Below are positions 1 through 11,314 of a stretch of DNA of 39,355 bases, piece by piece. Below the pieces are notes generated by a model. That model was not told the DNA's origin. It was given only the letters and a program-made list of their open reading frames with translations, and searched no databases. Origin of the DNA: Escherichia phage JB01; the sequence record MW074885; one strand, 5' to 3'. Position numbers and translations under genes: made by a program. The stretch's first letter is position 1. The number at the start of each line of letters is the position of its first letter.

Positions 1-22
1 AATACGACTCACTAAAGGAGAC
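1..22 (+). promoter_or_regulatory. T7-type phage RNAP promoter (phi1.6-like), truncated at window start
   Basis: aatacgactcactaaaggagac matches positions 2-23 of the T7 promoter 23-mer; lies 6 nt upstream of the gene 1.6 start. Confidence 0.7.
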
Positions 23-27
23 ACTAT

Positions 28-288
28 ATGTTTCGACTTCATTACAACAAAAGTCTTGAGAATTTCACGGTTCGCCGTGCTGACCGTTCAATCGTATGTG
101 CGAGCGAGCGCCGAGCTAAGTTACCTCTTATTGGTAACACAGTTCCTCTGGCACCGAGCGTACACATCATTATCACCCGTGGTGACTTTGAGAAAGCAAT
201 AGACAAGAAACGTCCGGTTCTTAGTGTGGCAGTGACCCGCTTCCCGTTCGTCCGTCTGTTACTCAAACGAATCAAGGAGGTGTTCTGA
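28..288 (+). CDS. 1.6: gp1.6-like hypothetical protein
   Basis: ORF track 86 aa; directly downstream of the promoter; position and sequence as T7 gene 1.6. Confidence 0.85.
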   Translation: MFRLHYNKSLENFTVRRADRSIVCASERRAKLPLIGNTVPLAPSVHIIITRGDFEKAIDKKRPVLSVAVTRFPFVRLLLKRIKEVF

Positions 289-827
289 TGGGATGCATAG
301 CGTGCTTAGAGAAAGACGACCGTTACCCGCACACCTGTAATAAAGGAGTTACCAATATGACCGAACGTGAACAAGAGATTATCATTAAGTTGATAGACAA
401 TAACGAGGGTCGTAGCGGAGACACATCTGGCTGTGGCCTGTTCTGCGCTGGAGTACCTTGTGGCGATTGTCCTGTAACAAACGATGAGCACATTACCTTA
501 GGTGAAATCCGAGCGATGGACCCACGTAAACCTCATCTGAATAAACTTGAGGTAACTCCTACGGATGACCAGCCTTCCGCTGAATCAATCGAAGGTGTCA
601 CTAAGCCTTCACATTACATGCTGTTTGACGACATTGAGGCTATCGAAGTGATTGCCCGTTCAATGACTCGTGAGCAGTTCAAAGGGTACTGCTTAGGGAA
701 CATCCTTAAGTACCGCCTACGTGCTGGTAAGAAGTCCGAACTGGCTTACTTAGAGAAAGACATGGCGAAAGCTGGATTCTACGGTGAACTGTACGAGAAA
801 CATAAGGATAAGTGCTATGACGCTTAA
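288..827 (+). CDS. 1.7: gp1.7-like nucleotide kinase
   Basis: ORF track 179 aa; TGATG overlap with the 1.6 stop; C-terminal region resembles T7 gp1.7; N-terminus shorter than T7 (196 aa). Confidence 0.85.
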   Translation: MGCIACLEKDDRYPHTCNKGVTNMTEREQEIIIKLIDNNEGRSGDTSGCGLFCAGVPCGDCPVTNDEHITLGEIRAMDPRKPHLNKLEVTPTDDQPSAESIEGVTKPSHYMLFDDIEAIEVIARSMTREQFKGYCLGNILKYRLRAGKKSELAYLEKDMAKAGFYGELYEKHKDKCYDA

Positions 828-924
828 CGATGTTCTGTACTTCGGATTAATTTGCGCTGGAGTAGGAGCGTTACTTCGCTTAATGTATTGGGCCATAGAG
901 GTGGAATATGGAAAAACCAAGTGA
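817..924 (+). CDS. small ORF at the gene 1.8 position (35 aa)
   Basis: ATG at 817 overlapping the 1.7 stop; hydrophobic 35-aa product; an alternative 33-aa ORF at 908..1009 is equally possible. Confidence 0.3.
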   Translation: MTLNDVLYFGLICAGVGALLRLMYWAIEVEYGKTK

Positions 925-956
925 ATGGTGCCACAGAATGTGGACTGAATGTATAG

Positions 957-1220
<264 letters not shown>

Positions 1221-1223
<3 letters not shown>

Positions 1224-1243
1224 TACGACTCACTATTAGGGGG
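1221..1243 (+). promoter_or_regulatory. phage RNAP promoter phi2.5
   Basis: taatacgactcactattaggggg, class II variant, upstream of gene 2.5. Confidence 0.85.
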
Positions 1244-1292
1244 GGAAGACTCCCTCTGAGAAACTAAACGAAACCTAAAGGAGATTAACATT

Positions 1293-1991
1293 ATGGCTAA
1301 GAAGATTTTCACCTCTGCGCTGGGTACCGCTGAACCTTACGCTTACCTCTCCAAGCCGGACTACGGTAACGAGGAGCGTGGCTTTGGGAACCCTCGTGGT
1401 GTCTACAAAGTTGACCTGACTATTCCCAACAAAGACCAGCGCTGCCAGCGTATGGTCGATGAAATCGTGAAGTGTCACGAAGAGGCTTATGCTGCTGCCG
1501 TTGAGGAATACGAAGCGAATCCACCTGCTGTAGCTCGTGGTAAGAAACCGCTGAAACCGTATGAAGGAGACATGCCGTTCTTCGATAACGGTGACGGTAC
1601 GACTACCTTTAAGTTCAAATGTTACGCGTCTTTCCAAGACAAGAATACCAAAGAGACCAAGCACATCAATCTGGTTGTGGTTGACTCCAAAGGTAAGAAG
1701 ATTGAAGACGTTCCGATTATCGGTGGTGGCTCTAAGCTGAAAGTCAAATACTCTCTGGTTCCGTACAAGTGGAACACTGCTGTAGGTGCGAGCGTTAAGC
1801 TGCAACTGGAATCCGTAATGCTGGTCGAACTGGCTACCTTTGGTGGCGGTGAAGACGATTGGGCCGATGAAGTCGAAGAGAACGGCTATGTTGCCTCTGG
1901 TTCTGCCAAAGCGAGCAAACCACGCGACGAAGAAAGCTGGGACGAAGACGACGAAGGCTCTTACGAAGAAGACGAAGACGGAGACTTCTAA
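1293..1991 (+). CDS. 2.5: gp2.5 single-stranded DNA-binding protein
   Basis: 232 aa with acidic C-terminal tail DEDDEGSYEEDEDGDF; strong SD aaggag upstream. Confidence 0.95.
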   Translation: MAKKIFTSALGTAEPYAYLSKPDYGNEERGFGNPRGVYKVDLTIPNKDQRCQRMVDEIVKCHEEAYAAAVEEYEANPPAVARGKKPLKPYEGDMPFFDNGDGTTTFKFKCYASFQDKNTKETKHINLVVVDSKGKKIEDVPIIGGGSKLKVKYSLVPYKWNTAVGASVKLQLESVMLVELATFGGGEDDWADEVEENGYVASGSAKASKPRDEESWDEDDEGSYEEDEDGDF

Positions 1992-2447
1992 GTGGCTGGC
2001 GCATACGCTGCGCGTGGTATCCGAAAGGTCGGGACATTCCGTTCCGGCCTAGAAGATAAGGTCTCTAAGCAGCTAGAGGGTAAGGGCATTAAGTTCGACT
2101 ATGAACTGTGGAAAATCCCTTACGTTGTCCCTGCGAGCAACCATGTGTATACTCCAGACTTCCTGCTGCCTAACGGAATCTTTATTGAAACCAAAGGTTT
2201 ATGGGAGAGTGACGACCGAAAGAAACACTTATTGATTCGCAAACAGTTTCCTGAACTTGACATCCGTCTGGTGTTCTCAAGCTCGCGCACCAAGCTGTAC
2301 AAAGGGTCTCCGACCAGTTACGGTGAATGGTGTGAGAAGCACGGTATTCTGTTTGCTGACAAATTAATTCCTGTAGAATGGCTCAAAGAACCCAAAAAGG
2401 AGGTGCCATTTGACAAGCTGAAACAATCGAAGGGAGGAAAGAAATAA
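1992..2447 (+). CDS. 3: gp3 endonuclease I (Holliday junction resolvase)
   Basis: GTG start immediately after the 2.5 stop; 151 aa resembling T7 endonuclease I; no gene 2.8 between 2.5 and 3. Confidence 0.92.
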   Translation: MAGAYAARGIRKVGTFRSGLEDKVSKQLEGKGIKFDYELWKIPYVVPASNHVYTPDFLLPNGIFIETKGLWESDDRKKHLLIRKQFPELDIRLVFSSSRTKLYKGSPTSYGEWCEKHGILFADKLIPVEWLKEPKKEVPFDKLKQSKGGKK

Positions 2448-2902
2448 TGGCTCGTGTACAGTTTAAACAACGTGAATCTACTGACGCAATCTTTGTTCAC
2501 TGCTCAGCTACCAAGCCAAGTCAGAATGTTGGTGTCCGTGAGATTCGCCAGTGGCATAAAGAGCAAGGTTGGCTTGATGTCGGGTATCACTTTATCATCA
2601 AGCGTGATGGTACTGTAGAGGAAGGCCGAGATGAGATGGCTGTAGGCTCCCACGCTAAGGGCTACAATCACAACTCTATTGGTGTCTGCCTTGTAGGTGG
2701 TATCGACGATAAAGGTAAGTTCGACGCTAACTTTACGCCAGCCCAAATGCAATCCCTCCGCTCACTGCTTGTCACACTGCTGGCTAAGTATGAAGGCGCT
2801 GTACTTCGCGCGCATCACGATGTGGCACCTAAGGCTTGCCCATCGTTCGACCTTAAGCGTTGGTGGGAGAAGAACGAACTGGTCACTTCTGACCGTGGAT
2901 AA
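2447..2902 (+). CDS. 3.5: gp3.5 lysozyme (N-acetylmuramoyl-L-alanine amidase, RNAP inhibitor)
   Basis: 151 aa MARVQFKQRESTDAIFVHCSATKP..., as T7 lysozyme. Confidence 0.95.
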   Translation: MARVQFKQRESTDAIFVHCSATKPSQNVGVREIRQWHKEQGWLDVGYHFIIKRDGTVEEGRDEMAVGSHAKGYNHNSIGVCLVGGIDDKGKFDANFTPAQMQSLRSLLVTLLAKYEGAVLRAHHDVAPKACPSFDLKRWWEKNELVTSDRG

Positions 2903-2903
2903 T

Positions 2904-2926
2904 TAATTGAACTCACTAAAGGGAGA
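2904..2926 (+). promoter_or_regulatory. phage RNAP promoter phi3.8
   Basis: taattgaactcactaaagggaga followed by the ccacaacggtttccc leader hairpin. Confidence 0.8.
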
Positions 2927-2958
2927 CCACAACGGTTTCCCTTTGTTCGCATTGTTGA

Positions 2959-4741
<1,783 letters not shown>

Positions 4742-4744
<3 letters not shown>

Positions 4745-4764
4745 TACGACTCACTAAAGGAGAT
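4742..4764 (+). promoter_or_regulatory. phage RNAP promoter phi4.3
   Basis: taatacgactcactaaaggagat, class II. Confidence 0.85.
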
Positions 4765-4770
4765 AGCCAC

Positions 4771-5199
4771 ATGAGCACTGACTTAGAGAGACTTGAAAGA
4801 TTCTTGAAGATTGAGGGCGATTGCTGGCTGTTCACTGGTGGCAGGGCACATGCCTACGGAGTCTTCTGGATGGACGGTAAGAATCACAAGGCACATAGGG
4901 CGGCCTTCGAACTTTATAATGGGAGGAAACCTAATGGTGTTATATTACACTCTTGTGATAATCCTTTGTGCTGCAATCCCGCTCATCTATCTGAGGGAAC
5001 TCAGCTTGATAATATGGTGGACATGGTTAGAAAGGGACGCTCGTTAAAGGGTACGAAGAATCCCGCATGCAAGTTTACCGATGAGGATGTCAAGTTCATT
5101 CAGGAGTCTACCATGAAGGTCAAAGATTTAGCCACTCTATTCGGAGTGACGCGCCAAACAATAACCAAATGGAGGAAACATCATGTTCAAACTGATTAA
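4771..5199 (+). CDS. HNH homing endonuclease (HNH_3-type) with C-terminal HTH-like tail
   Basis: 142 aa; motifs GDCWLFTGG, AHRAAF, HSCDNPLCCNPAHL, EGTQ; sits between phi4.3 and gene 4.3. Confidence 0.8.
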   Translation: MSTDLERLERFLKIEGDCWLFTGGRAHAYGVFWMDGKNHKAHRAAFELYNGRKPNGVILHSCDNPLCCNPAHLSEGTQLDNMVDMVRKGRSLKGTKNPACKFTDEDVKFIQESTMKVKDLATLFGVTRQTITKWRKHHVQTD

Positions 5200-5395
5200 G
5201 AAGTTAGGCCAACTGCTGGTTCGTATGTACAACGTGGAAGCCAAGCGTCTGAACGATGAGGCTCGTAAAGAGGCCACACAGTCACGCGCTCTGGCGATTC
5301 GCTCCAACGAACTTGCTGACAGTGCATCAAATAAGGTTACAGAAGCTGCACGTGTAGCTAACCAAGCTCAACAGCTTTCCAAATTCTTTGAGTAA
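5183..5395 (+). CDS. 4.3: gp4.3 hypothetical protein
   Basis: 70 aa MFKLIKKLGQLLVRMYN..., as T7 gp4.3; start overlaps the HNH ORF end. Confidence 0.85.
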   Translation: MFKLIKKLGQLLVRMYNVEAKRLNDEARKEATQSRALAIRSNELADSASNKVTEAARVANQAQQLSKFFE

Positions 5396-5414
5396 TCAAA
5401 CAGGAGAAACCATT

Positions 5415-5684
5415 ATGTCTAAAGTAGCTGAAACTATCCGTCTATCCGATACCGCTGACCAGTGGAACCGTCGGGTTCACATCAACGTTCGTAACGGTAA
5501 GGCGACTATGGTTTACCGCTGGAAGGACTCTAAGTCCACTAAGAATCACACTCAGCGTATGACGTTGACGGACGAGCAAGCACTGCGTCTGGTCAATGCG
5601 CTTACCAAAGCTGCCGTGACCGCAATTCATGAAGCTGGTCGCGTGGATGAAGCTATGGCTATCCTCGACAAGATTGATAGCTAA
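5415..5684 (+). CDS. 4.5: gp4.5 hypothetical protein
   Basis: 89 aa from ATG at 5415 with caggagaaacc SD; ORF-track start at 5388 rejected. Confidence 0.85.
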   Translation: MSKVAETIRLSDTADQWNRRVHINVRNGKATMVYRWKDSKSTKNHTQRMTLTDEQALRLVNALTKAAVTAIHEAGRVDEAMAILDKIDS

Positions 5685-5685
5685 G

Positions 5686-5728
5686 AGTGGTATACTCAAG
5701 GTCGCCATAGTGGTGGCCTTCATGAATA
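5686..5728 (+). promoter_or_regulatory. RNase III-type processing hairpin (R4.7-like)
   Basis: tatactcaaggtcgcc...ggccttcatgaat shares the actcaagg...ggcctt flanks of the other processing sites. Confidence 0.5.
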
Positions 5729-5751
5729 CTATTCGACTCACTATAGGAGAT
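5729..5751 (+). promoter_or_regulatory. phage RNAP promoter phi4.7
   Basis: ctattcgactcactataggagat variant. Confidence 0.8.
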
Positions 5752-5757
5752 ATTATC

Positions 5758-6165
5758 ATGCGTGACCCTAAAGTTATCCAAGCAGAAATCGCTAAGTTGG
5801 AAGCTGAACTGGAGGACGTTAAGTACCATGAGGCTAAGACTCGCTCCGCTGTTCACATCTTGAAGAACTTAGGATGGACTTGGACAAGACAGACTGGATG
5901 GAAGAAACCAGAAGTTACCAAGCTGAGCCATAAGATGTTCGATAAGGACACTATGACCCACATCAAGGCTGGTGACTGGGTTAAGGTTGACATGGGAGTT
6001 GTTGGTGGGTATGGCTACGTCCGCTCAGTGAGTGGCAAATATGCTCAAGTGTCATACATCACAGGTGTTACTCCACGAGGGGCAATCGTCGCTGATAAGA
6101 CCAACATGATTCACACAGGTTTCTTGACAGTTGTCTCATATGAAGAGATTGTTAAGTCACGATAA
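5758..6165 (+). CDS. 4.7: gp4.7 hypothetical protein
   Basis: 135 aa from ATG at 5758 just after the promoter; ORF-track upstream extension rejected. Confidence 0.85.
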   Translation: MRDPKVIQAEIAKLEAELEDVKYHEAKTRSAVHILKNLGWTWTRQTGWKKPEVTKLSHKMFDKDTMTHIKAGDWVKVDMGVVGGYGYVRSVSGKYAQVSYITGVTPRGAIVADKTNMIHTGFLTVVSYEEIVKSR

Positions 6166-6183
6166 TCAATAGGAGAAATCAAT

Positions 6184-8298
6184 ATGATCGTTTCTGACAT
6201 CGAAGCTAACGCCCTCTTAGAGAGTGTCACTAAGTTCCACTGCGGGGTTATCTACGACTACTCCACCGATGAGTACGTAAGCTACCGTCCGAGTGACTTC
6301 GGTGCGTATCTGGATGCGCTGGAAGCCGAGGTTGCACGAGGCGGTCTTATTGTGTTCCACAACGGTCACAAGTATGACGTTCCCGCATTGACCAAACTTG
6401 CAAAGCTGCAATTGAACCGTGAGTTCCACATTCCTCGTGAGAACTGTATCGACACACTTGTGCTGTCACGCTTGATTCACTCCAACCTTAAGGACACCGA
6501 TATGGGTCTTCTGCGTTCCGGTAAGTTGCCTGGGAAACGCTTTGGGTCTCACGCTCTGGAGGCGTGGGGGTATCGCTTAGGCGAAATGAAGGGTGAATAC
6601 AAGGACGACTTTAAGCGTATGCTTGAAGAGCAGGGTGAAGAATACGTTGACGGAATGGAGTGGTGGAACTTCAACGAAGAGATGATGGACTATAACGTTC
6701 AGGACGTTGTGGTCACTAAGGCTCTCCTTGAGAAGTTACTCTCTGACAAACATTACTTCCCTCCTGAGATTGACTTCACGGACGTAGGATACACTACGTT
6801 CTGGTCAGAATCCCTTGAGGCCGTTGACGTTGAACATCGTGCTGCATGGCTACTCGCTAAGCAAGAGCGTAATGGATTCCCGTTTGACACGAAAGCAATC
6901 GAAGAGTTGTACGTAGAGTTAGCTGCCCGTCGCTCTGAGTTGCTCCGTAAATTGACCGAAACGTTCGGCTCGTGGTATCAACCTAAAGGTGGCACCGAAA
7001 TGTTCTGCCACCCACGAACAGGTAAGCCGCTGCCTAAATACCCTCGCATTAAGACACCTAAAGTTGGTGGTATCTTTAAGAAGCCTAAGAACAAGGCACA
7101 GCGAGAAGGCCGTGAGCCTTGCGAACTGGATACCCGCGAGTACGTTGCTGGTGCTCCGTATACTCCAGTAGAGCACGTAGTGTTTAACCCTTCGTCTCGT
7201 GACCACATCCAGAAGAAACTCCAAGAGGCTGGATGGGTCCCCACGAAGTTCACCGATAAGGGTGCTCCTGTGGTGGACGATGAGGTACTCGAAGGAGTAC
7301 GTGTAGATGACCCTGAGAAGCAAGCTGCTATCGACCTCATTAAAGAGTACCTGATGATTCAGAAGAGAATCGGACAGTCTGCTGAGGGAGACAAGGCATG
7401 GCTTCGTTACGTTGCTGAGGATGGTAAGATTCATGGTTCTGTTAATCCCAACGGCGCTGTTACTGGGCGCGCTACTCACGCTTTCCCTAACCTCGCACAG
7501 ATACCCGGTGTCCGTTCTCCTTATGGTGATAAGTGCCGCGCTGCTTTTGGCGCTGAACATCACCTAGACGGTATTACTGGTAAGCCTTGGGTTCAGGCAG
7601 GTATAGATGCATCCGGCCTTGAGTTGCGCTGCTTGGCCCACTTCATGGCTCGCTTTGACAACGGTGAGTACGCCCACGAGATTCTTAATGGTGACATCCA
7701 CACTAAGAACCAGATTGCTGCCGAATTGCCTACCCGTGACAACGCTAAGACGTTCATCTATGGGTTCCTTTATGGTGCTGGCGATGAGAAGATTGGACAG
7801 ATTGTTGGTGCTGGTAAAGAGCGCGGTAAGGAACTCAAGAAGAAATTCCTTGAGAACACCCCTGCGATTGCAGCACTCCGCGAGTCTATCCAACAGACAC
7901 TTGTCGAGTCCTCTCAGTGGGTAGCAGGTGAGCAACAAGTCAAGTGGAAACGCCGCTGGATTAAAGGTCTGGATGGTCGTAAGGTACATGTTCGTAGTCC
8001 TCACGCTGCATTGAATACCCTACTGCAATCTGCTGGTGCTCTTATCTGCAAACTGTGGATTATCAAGACCGAAGAGATGCTCGTAGAGAAAGGCTTGAAG
8101 CACGGCTGGGATGGGGACTTTGCGTACATGGCATGGGTACACGATGAAATCCAAGTGGGTTGTCGTACCGAAGAGATTGCTCAGGTGGTCATTGAGACCG
8201 CACAAGAAGCAATGCGCTGGGTTGGAGACCACTGGAACTTCCGGTGTCTGCTGGATACCGAAGGTAAGATGGGTCCTAATTGGGCCGTATGTCACTAA
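6184..8298 (+). CDS. 5: gp5 DNA polymerase (family A)
   Basis: 704 aa, same length as T7 gp5; N-terminal 3'-5' exonuclease motifs; uninterrupted. Confidence 0.97.
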   Translation: MIVSDIEANALLESVTKFHCGVIYDYSTDEYVSYRPSDFGAYLDALEAEVARGGLIVFHNGHKYDVPALTKLAKLQLNREFHIPRENCIDTLVLSRLIHSNLKDTDMGLLRSGKLPGKRFGSHALEAWGYRLGEMKGEYKDDFKRMLEEQGEEYVDGMEWWNFNEEMMDYNVQDVVVTKALLEKLLSDKHYFPPEIDFTDVGYTTFWSESLEAVDVEHRAAWLLAKQERNGFPFDTKAIEELYVELAARRSELLRKLTETFGSWYQPKGGTEMFCHPRTGKPLPKYPRIKTPKVGGIFKKPKNKAQREGREPCELDTREYVAGAPYTPVEHVVFNPSSRDHIQKKLQEAGWVPTKFTDKGAPVVDDEVLEGVRVDDPEKQAAIDLIKEYLMIQKRIGQSAEGDKAWLRYVAEDGKIHGSVNPNGAVTGRATHAFPNLAQIPGVRSPYGDKCRAAFGAEHHLDGITGKPWVQAGIDASGLELRCLAHFMARFDNGEYAHEILNGDIHTKNQIAAELPTRDNAKTFIYGFLYGAGDEKIGQIVGAGKERGKELKKKFLENTPAIAALRESIQQTLVESSQWVAGEQQVKWKRRWIKGLDGRKVHVRSPHAALNTLLQSAGALICKLWIIKTEEMLVEKGLKHGWDGDFAYMAWVHDEIQVGCRTEEIAQVVIETAQEAMRWVGDHWNFRCLLDTEGKMGPNWAVCH

Positions 8299-8317
8299 TT
8301 CTATAGGAGAAATTATT

Positions 8318-8614
8318 ATGGCTATCACTAAGAAATTTAAAGTGTCCTTTGACGTTACCCTTAAGCTGGACAGCGATACCGAAGAACTGATGCGCGAAAG
8401 GATTTTGGACTTAGCTCATCGTGCTGGTGCTGGTGAGGAGATTGCTCCTATGGACCGAGAGTTGCTCGTTCAGGCTCTGACAAGTGGCCCAGACGGTGCT
8501 GCTGCCTTCGCTGTGCGCCAAGGTCTCCGTAATGCTATCAAAGAGATGTTCGAAGAGATGGGTGATTCCTCACTGTTCAAAGCGTCTCCTGCAACGGTAC
8601 GGGAGGTGTTCTGA
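8318..8614 (+). CDS. 5.5: gp5.5 (H-NS binding protein)
   Basis: 99 aa from ATG at 8318 with taggaga SD; gene 5.3 absent between 5 and 5.5. Confidence 0.88.
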   Translation: MAITKKFKVSFDVTLKLDSDTEELMRERILDLAHRAGAGEEIAPMDRELLVQALTSGPDGAAAFAVRQGLRNAIKEMFEEMGDSSLFKASPATVREVF

Positions 8615-8823
8615 TGTCTGACTATCTGAAAGTACTGCAAGCAATCAAAAGTTGCCCTAAGACTTTCCAGTCCAACTATGTACGGAACAATGCGAGCCTC
8701 GTAGCTGAGGCCGCTTCCCGTGGTCACATCTCATGTCTGACTACGAGTGGACGTAACGGTGGCGCTTGGGAAATCACTGCTTCCGGTACTCGCTTTCTGA
8801 AACGAATGGGAGGGTGTGTCTGA
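8614..8823 (+). CDS. 5.7: gp5.7 hypothetical protein
   Basis: 69 aa; TGATG overlap with the 5.5 stop. Confidence 0.88.
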   Translation: MSDYLKVLQAIKSCPKTFQSNYVRNNASLVAEAASRGHISCLTTSGRNGGAWEITASGTRFLKRMGGCV

Positions 8824-8981
8824 TGGTTCGTGACACTGTAATAATTCCTCGTGATGCGTGGAACGATATGCAGGGCTACATCGACTCTCTTGAACGTGAG
8901 AACGATAGCCTTAAGAATCAACTTATGGAAGCTGACGAATACGTAGCTGAGCTAGAGGAGAAACTTAATGGCACTTCTTGA
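8823..8981 (+). CDS. 5.9: gp5.9 RecBCD inhibitor
   Basis: 52 aa MVRDTVIIPRDAWNDMQGYIDSLERENDSLKNQ...; ORF-track upstream start rejected. Confidence 0.85.
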   Translation: MVRDTVIIPRDAWNDMQGYIDSLERENDSLKNQLMEADEYVAELEEKLNGTS

Positions 8982-9870
8982 CCTTAAACAATTCTACGAG
9001 TTACGTGAAGGCTGCAACGACAAAGGTATCCTTGTGATGGATGGTGACTGGCTGGTCTTCCAAGCGATGAGTGCCGCTGAGTTTGATGCCTCATGGGAGG
9101 AAGAGATTTGGCACCGCTGCTGTGACCACGCTAAGGCCCGTCAGATTCTTGAGGATTCCATCAAGTCCTATGAGACCCGCAAGAAGGCTTGGATAGGTGC
9201 TCCGATTGTCCTTGCGTTCACCGATAGCGTTAACTGGCGTAAAGAACTGGTTGACCCGAACTACAAGGCTAACCGTAAGGCAACCAAGAAACCTGTGGGT
9301 TACTTTGAGTTCCTTGAGGCTCTCTTTGAGCGCGAAGAGTTCTATTGCATCCGTGAGCCTATGCTTGAGGGTGATGACGTTATGGGAGTTATTGCCTCCA
9401 ATCCGTCTGCATTCGGTGCGCGTAAGGCTGTAATTATCTCGTGCGATAAGGACTTTAAGACCATCCCTAACTGTGACTTCCTGTGGTGCACCACTGGTAA
9501 CATCCTTACTCAGACAGAAGAGTCCGCTGACTGGTGGCACCTCTTCCAGACAATCAAGGGTGACATCACCGATGGTTACTCAGGGATTGCTGGGTGGGGA
9601 GATACTGCCGAGGAGTTCTTGAATAACCCGTTCATAACCGAGCCTAAAACGTCTGTGCTTAAGTCTGGCAAGAACAAAGGCCAAGAGGTTACTAAATGGG
9701 TTAAACGAGACCCTGAGCCTCATGAGACGCTTTGGGACTGCATTAAGTCCATTGGCGCTAAGGCTGGTATGACCGAAGAGGATATTATCAAGCAGGGCCA
9801 GATGGCTCGCATCCTTCGGTTCAACGAGTACAACTTTATTGACAAGGAGATTTACCTGTGGAGACCGTAG
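8968..9870 (+). CDS. 6: gp6 5'-3' exonuclease
   Basis: 300 aa, same length as T7 gp6. Confidence 0.95.
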   Translation: MALLDLKQFYELREGCNDKGILVMDGDWLVFQAMSAAEFDASWEEEIWHRCCDHAKARQILEDSIKSYETRKKAWIGAPIVLAFTDSVNWRKELVDPNYKANRKATKKPVGYFEFLEALFEREEFYCIREPMLEGDDVMGVIASNPSAFGARKAVIISCDKDFKTIPNCDFLWCTTGNILTQTEESADWWHLFQTIKGDITDGYSGIAGWGDTAEEFLNNPFITEPKTSVLKSGKNKGQEVTKWVKRDPEPHETLWDCIKSIGAKAGMTEEDIIKQGQMARILRFNEYNFIDKEIYLWRP

Positions 9871-9971
9871 CGTATATTGGCATTGGTATTTGTGTCCTAG
9901 GAATTGGCCTCATTGCGTGGGGCCTTTGGGACTTAGCCAGAATAATCAAGGCGTTACACGACACTAAGTGA
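9858..9971 (+). CDS. 6.3: gp6.3-like small hydrophobic protein
   Basis: GTG start overlapping the gene 6 end; 37 aa ETVAYIGIGICVLGIGLIAWGLW... Confidence 0.6.
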   Translation: METVAYIGIGICVLGIGLIAWGLWDLARIIKALHDTK

Positions 9972-10040
9972 TAAACTCAAGGTCCCTAAATTAATACGAC
10001 TCACTATAGGGAGATAGGGGCCTTTATGATTATTACTTTA
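9972..10040 (+). promoter_or_regulatory. RNase III-type hairpin spanning phi6.5 (R6.5-like)
   Basis: actcaaggtccc...ggggcctttatgat arms bracket the promoter. Confidence 0.45.
9992..10014 (+). promoter_or_regulatory. phage RNAP promoter phi6.5 (class III consensus)
   Basis: taatacgactcactatagggaga exact consensus. Confidence 0.9.
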
Positions 10041-10068
10041 AGATTTAACTCTAAGAGGAATCTTTATC

Positions 10069-10323
10069 ATGTTAACACCTATTAACCAATTACTTAAGAA
10101 CCCTAACGATATTCCAGATGTACCTCGTGCAACCGCTGAGTATCTACAGGTTCGATTCAACTATGCGTACCTCGAAGCGTCTGGTCATATAGGACTTATG
10201 CGTGCTAATGGTTGTAGTGAAGCTCACATATTGGGTTTCATTCAGGGCCTACAGTATGCCTCTAACGTCATTGACGAGATTGAGTTACGCAAGGAACAAC
10301 TAAGAGAAGATGGGGAGGATTGA
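10069..10323 (+). CDS. 6.5: gp6.5 hypothetical protein
   Basis: 84 aa; position and sequence as T7 gp6.5. Confidence 0.85.
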   Translation: MLTPINQLLKNPNDIPDVPRATAEYLQVRFNYAYLEASGHIGLMRANGCSEAHILGFIQGLQYASNVIDEIELRKEQLREDGED

Positions 10324-10326
10324 CCT

Positions 10327-10593
10327 ATGTGTTTCTCACCGAAAGTTAAAGTTCCGAAGGTGGATACCAATCAGATTCGAGCCGTTGAGCCAGCGCCTCT
10401 GACCCAAGAAGTGTCAAGCGTGGAGTTCGGTGGGTCTTCTGATGAGACGGATACAGAAGGCACAGAAGTGTCTGGACGCAAAGACCTCAAGGTCGAACGC
10501 GATGATTCCGTAGCGAAGTCTAAAGCCGCTGGTACTGGCTCCGCTCGTATGAAGTATTCAATCCGTAAGTCCGCATTCGGAGGTAAGAAGTAA
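10327..10593 (+). CDS. 6.7: gp6.7 virion protein
   Basis: 88 aa as T7 gp6.7. Confidence 0.88.
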   Translation: MCFSPKVKVPKVDTNQIRAVEPAPLTQEVSSVEFGGSSDETDTEGTEVSGRKDLKVERDDSVAKSKAAGTGSARMKYSIRKSAFGGKK

Positions 10594-10994
10594 TGTCTGA
10601 GTTCACATGTGTGGAAGCCAAAAGCCGCTTCCGTGCAATCCGGTGGACTGTAGAGCACCTTGGGTTGCCTAAGGGATTCGAAGGACACTTTGTTGGTTAC
10701 AGCCTCTACGTTGACGAAGTTATTGACATGTCTGGTTGTCGTGAAGAGTACATTCTGGACTCTACCGGAAAACATGTAGCGTACTTCGCGTGGTGCGTAA
10801 GCTGTGACATTCACCACAAAGGTGACATTCTGGATGTAACGTCCGTTGTCATTAATCCTGAGGCAGACTCTAAGGGCTTACAGCGATTCCTAGCGAAACG
10901 CTTTAAGTACCTTGCAGAACTCCACGATTGCGATTGGGTGTCCCGCTGTAAACATGAAGGCGAGACAATGCGTGTATACTTTAAGGAGGTATAA
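10593..10994 (+). CDS. 7: gp7 virion/host-range protein
   Basis: 133 aa as T7 gp7. Confidence 0.88.
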   Translation: MSEFTCVEAKSRFRAIRWTVEHLGLPKGFEGHFVGYSLYVDEVIDMSGCREEYILDSTGKHVAYFAWCVSCDIHHKGDILDVTSVVINPEADSKGLQRFLAKRFKYLAELHDCDWVSRCKHEGETMRVYFKEV

Positions 10995-10997
10995 GTT

Positions 10998-11300
10998 ATG
11001 GGTAAGAAAATTAAGAAGGCCGTGAAGAAAGTCACTAAGTCCGTTAAGAAAGTCGTTAAGGAAGTGACTCGTCCGGTTAAACAGATTGCTGGTGGTCTGG
11101 CTGGTGGTGCTGGTGAAGCACAGGTGGTGGAAGTACCACAAGCTGCCGCAACTCCTGCTGCACAGATTGTTGACGTACCTGAGAAAGAGGTTTCCACTGA
11201 GGACGAAGCACAGACCGAAAGCGGACGTAAGAAAGCTCGTGCTGGCGGTAAGAAGTCCTTGAGTGTGGCTCGTAGCTCCGGTGGCGGCATCAACATTTAA
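10998..11300 (+). CDS. 7.3: gp7.3 tail assembly/ejection protein
   Basis: 100 aa, Lys-rich N-terminus MGKKIKKAVKKVTKSVKK; gene 7.7 absent before gene 8. Confidence 0.88.
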   Translation: MGKKIKKAVKKVTKSVKKVVKEVTRPVKQIAGGLAGGAGEAQVVEVPQAAATPAAQIVDVPEKEVSTEDEAQTESGRKKARAGGKKSLSVARSSGGGINI

Positions 11301-11314
11301 ACAGGAGGTGACAC

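Noticed and set aside
1-27. Window start as a true genome terminus
   Set aside because: It begins inside a promoter upstream of gene 1.6; the terminal-repeat motifs are internal near 31597-31766, so the window edges are assembly or permutation artefacts.
1275-1805. 176-aa minus-strand ORF
   Set aside because: Entirely antisense to the well-supported gp2.5 gene; no promoter or SD. The same applies to other minus-strand ORFs such as 6919..7563, 7564..8004, 13163..13663, 13912..14499 and 19599..20141, all inside strongly supported + strand genes.
6184-8298. Possible intron or intein in the DNA polymerase gene
   Set aside because: The ORF is uninterrupted and the same length as T7 gp5 (704 aa); there is no inserted segment.
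8111-8614. 167-aa version of gene 5.5 from the ORF track
   Set aside because: The N-terminal extension overlaps the end of the DNA polymerase gene in another frame; the start at 8318 has an SD and gives the expected 99-aa protein. The same logic applies to the long forms of 5.9 (8766), 4.5 (5388), 4.7 (5629), 9 (12959), 18 (27950), 1.2 (37920) and gene 2 (960).
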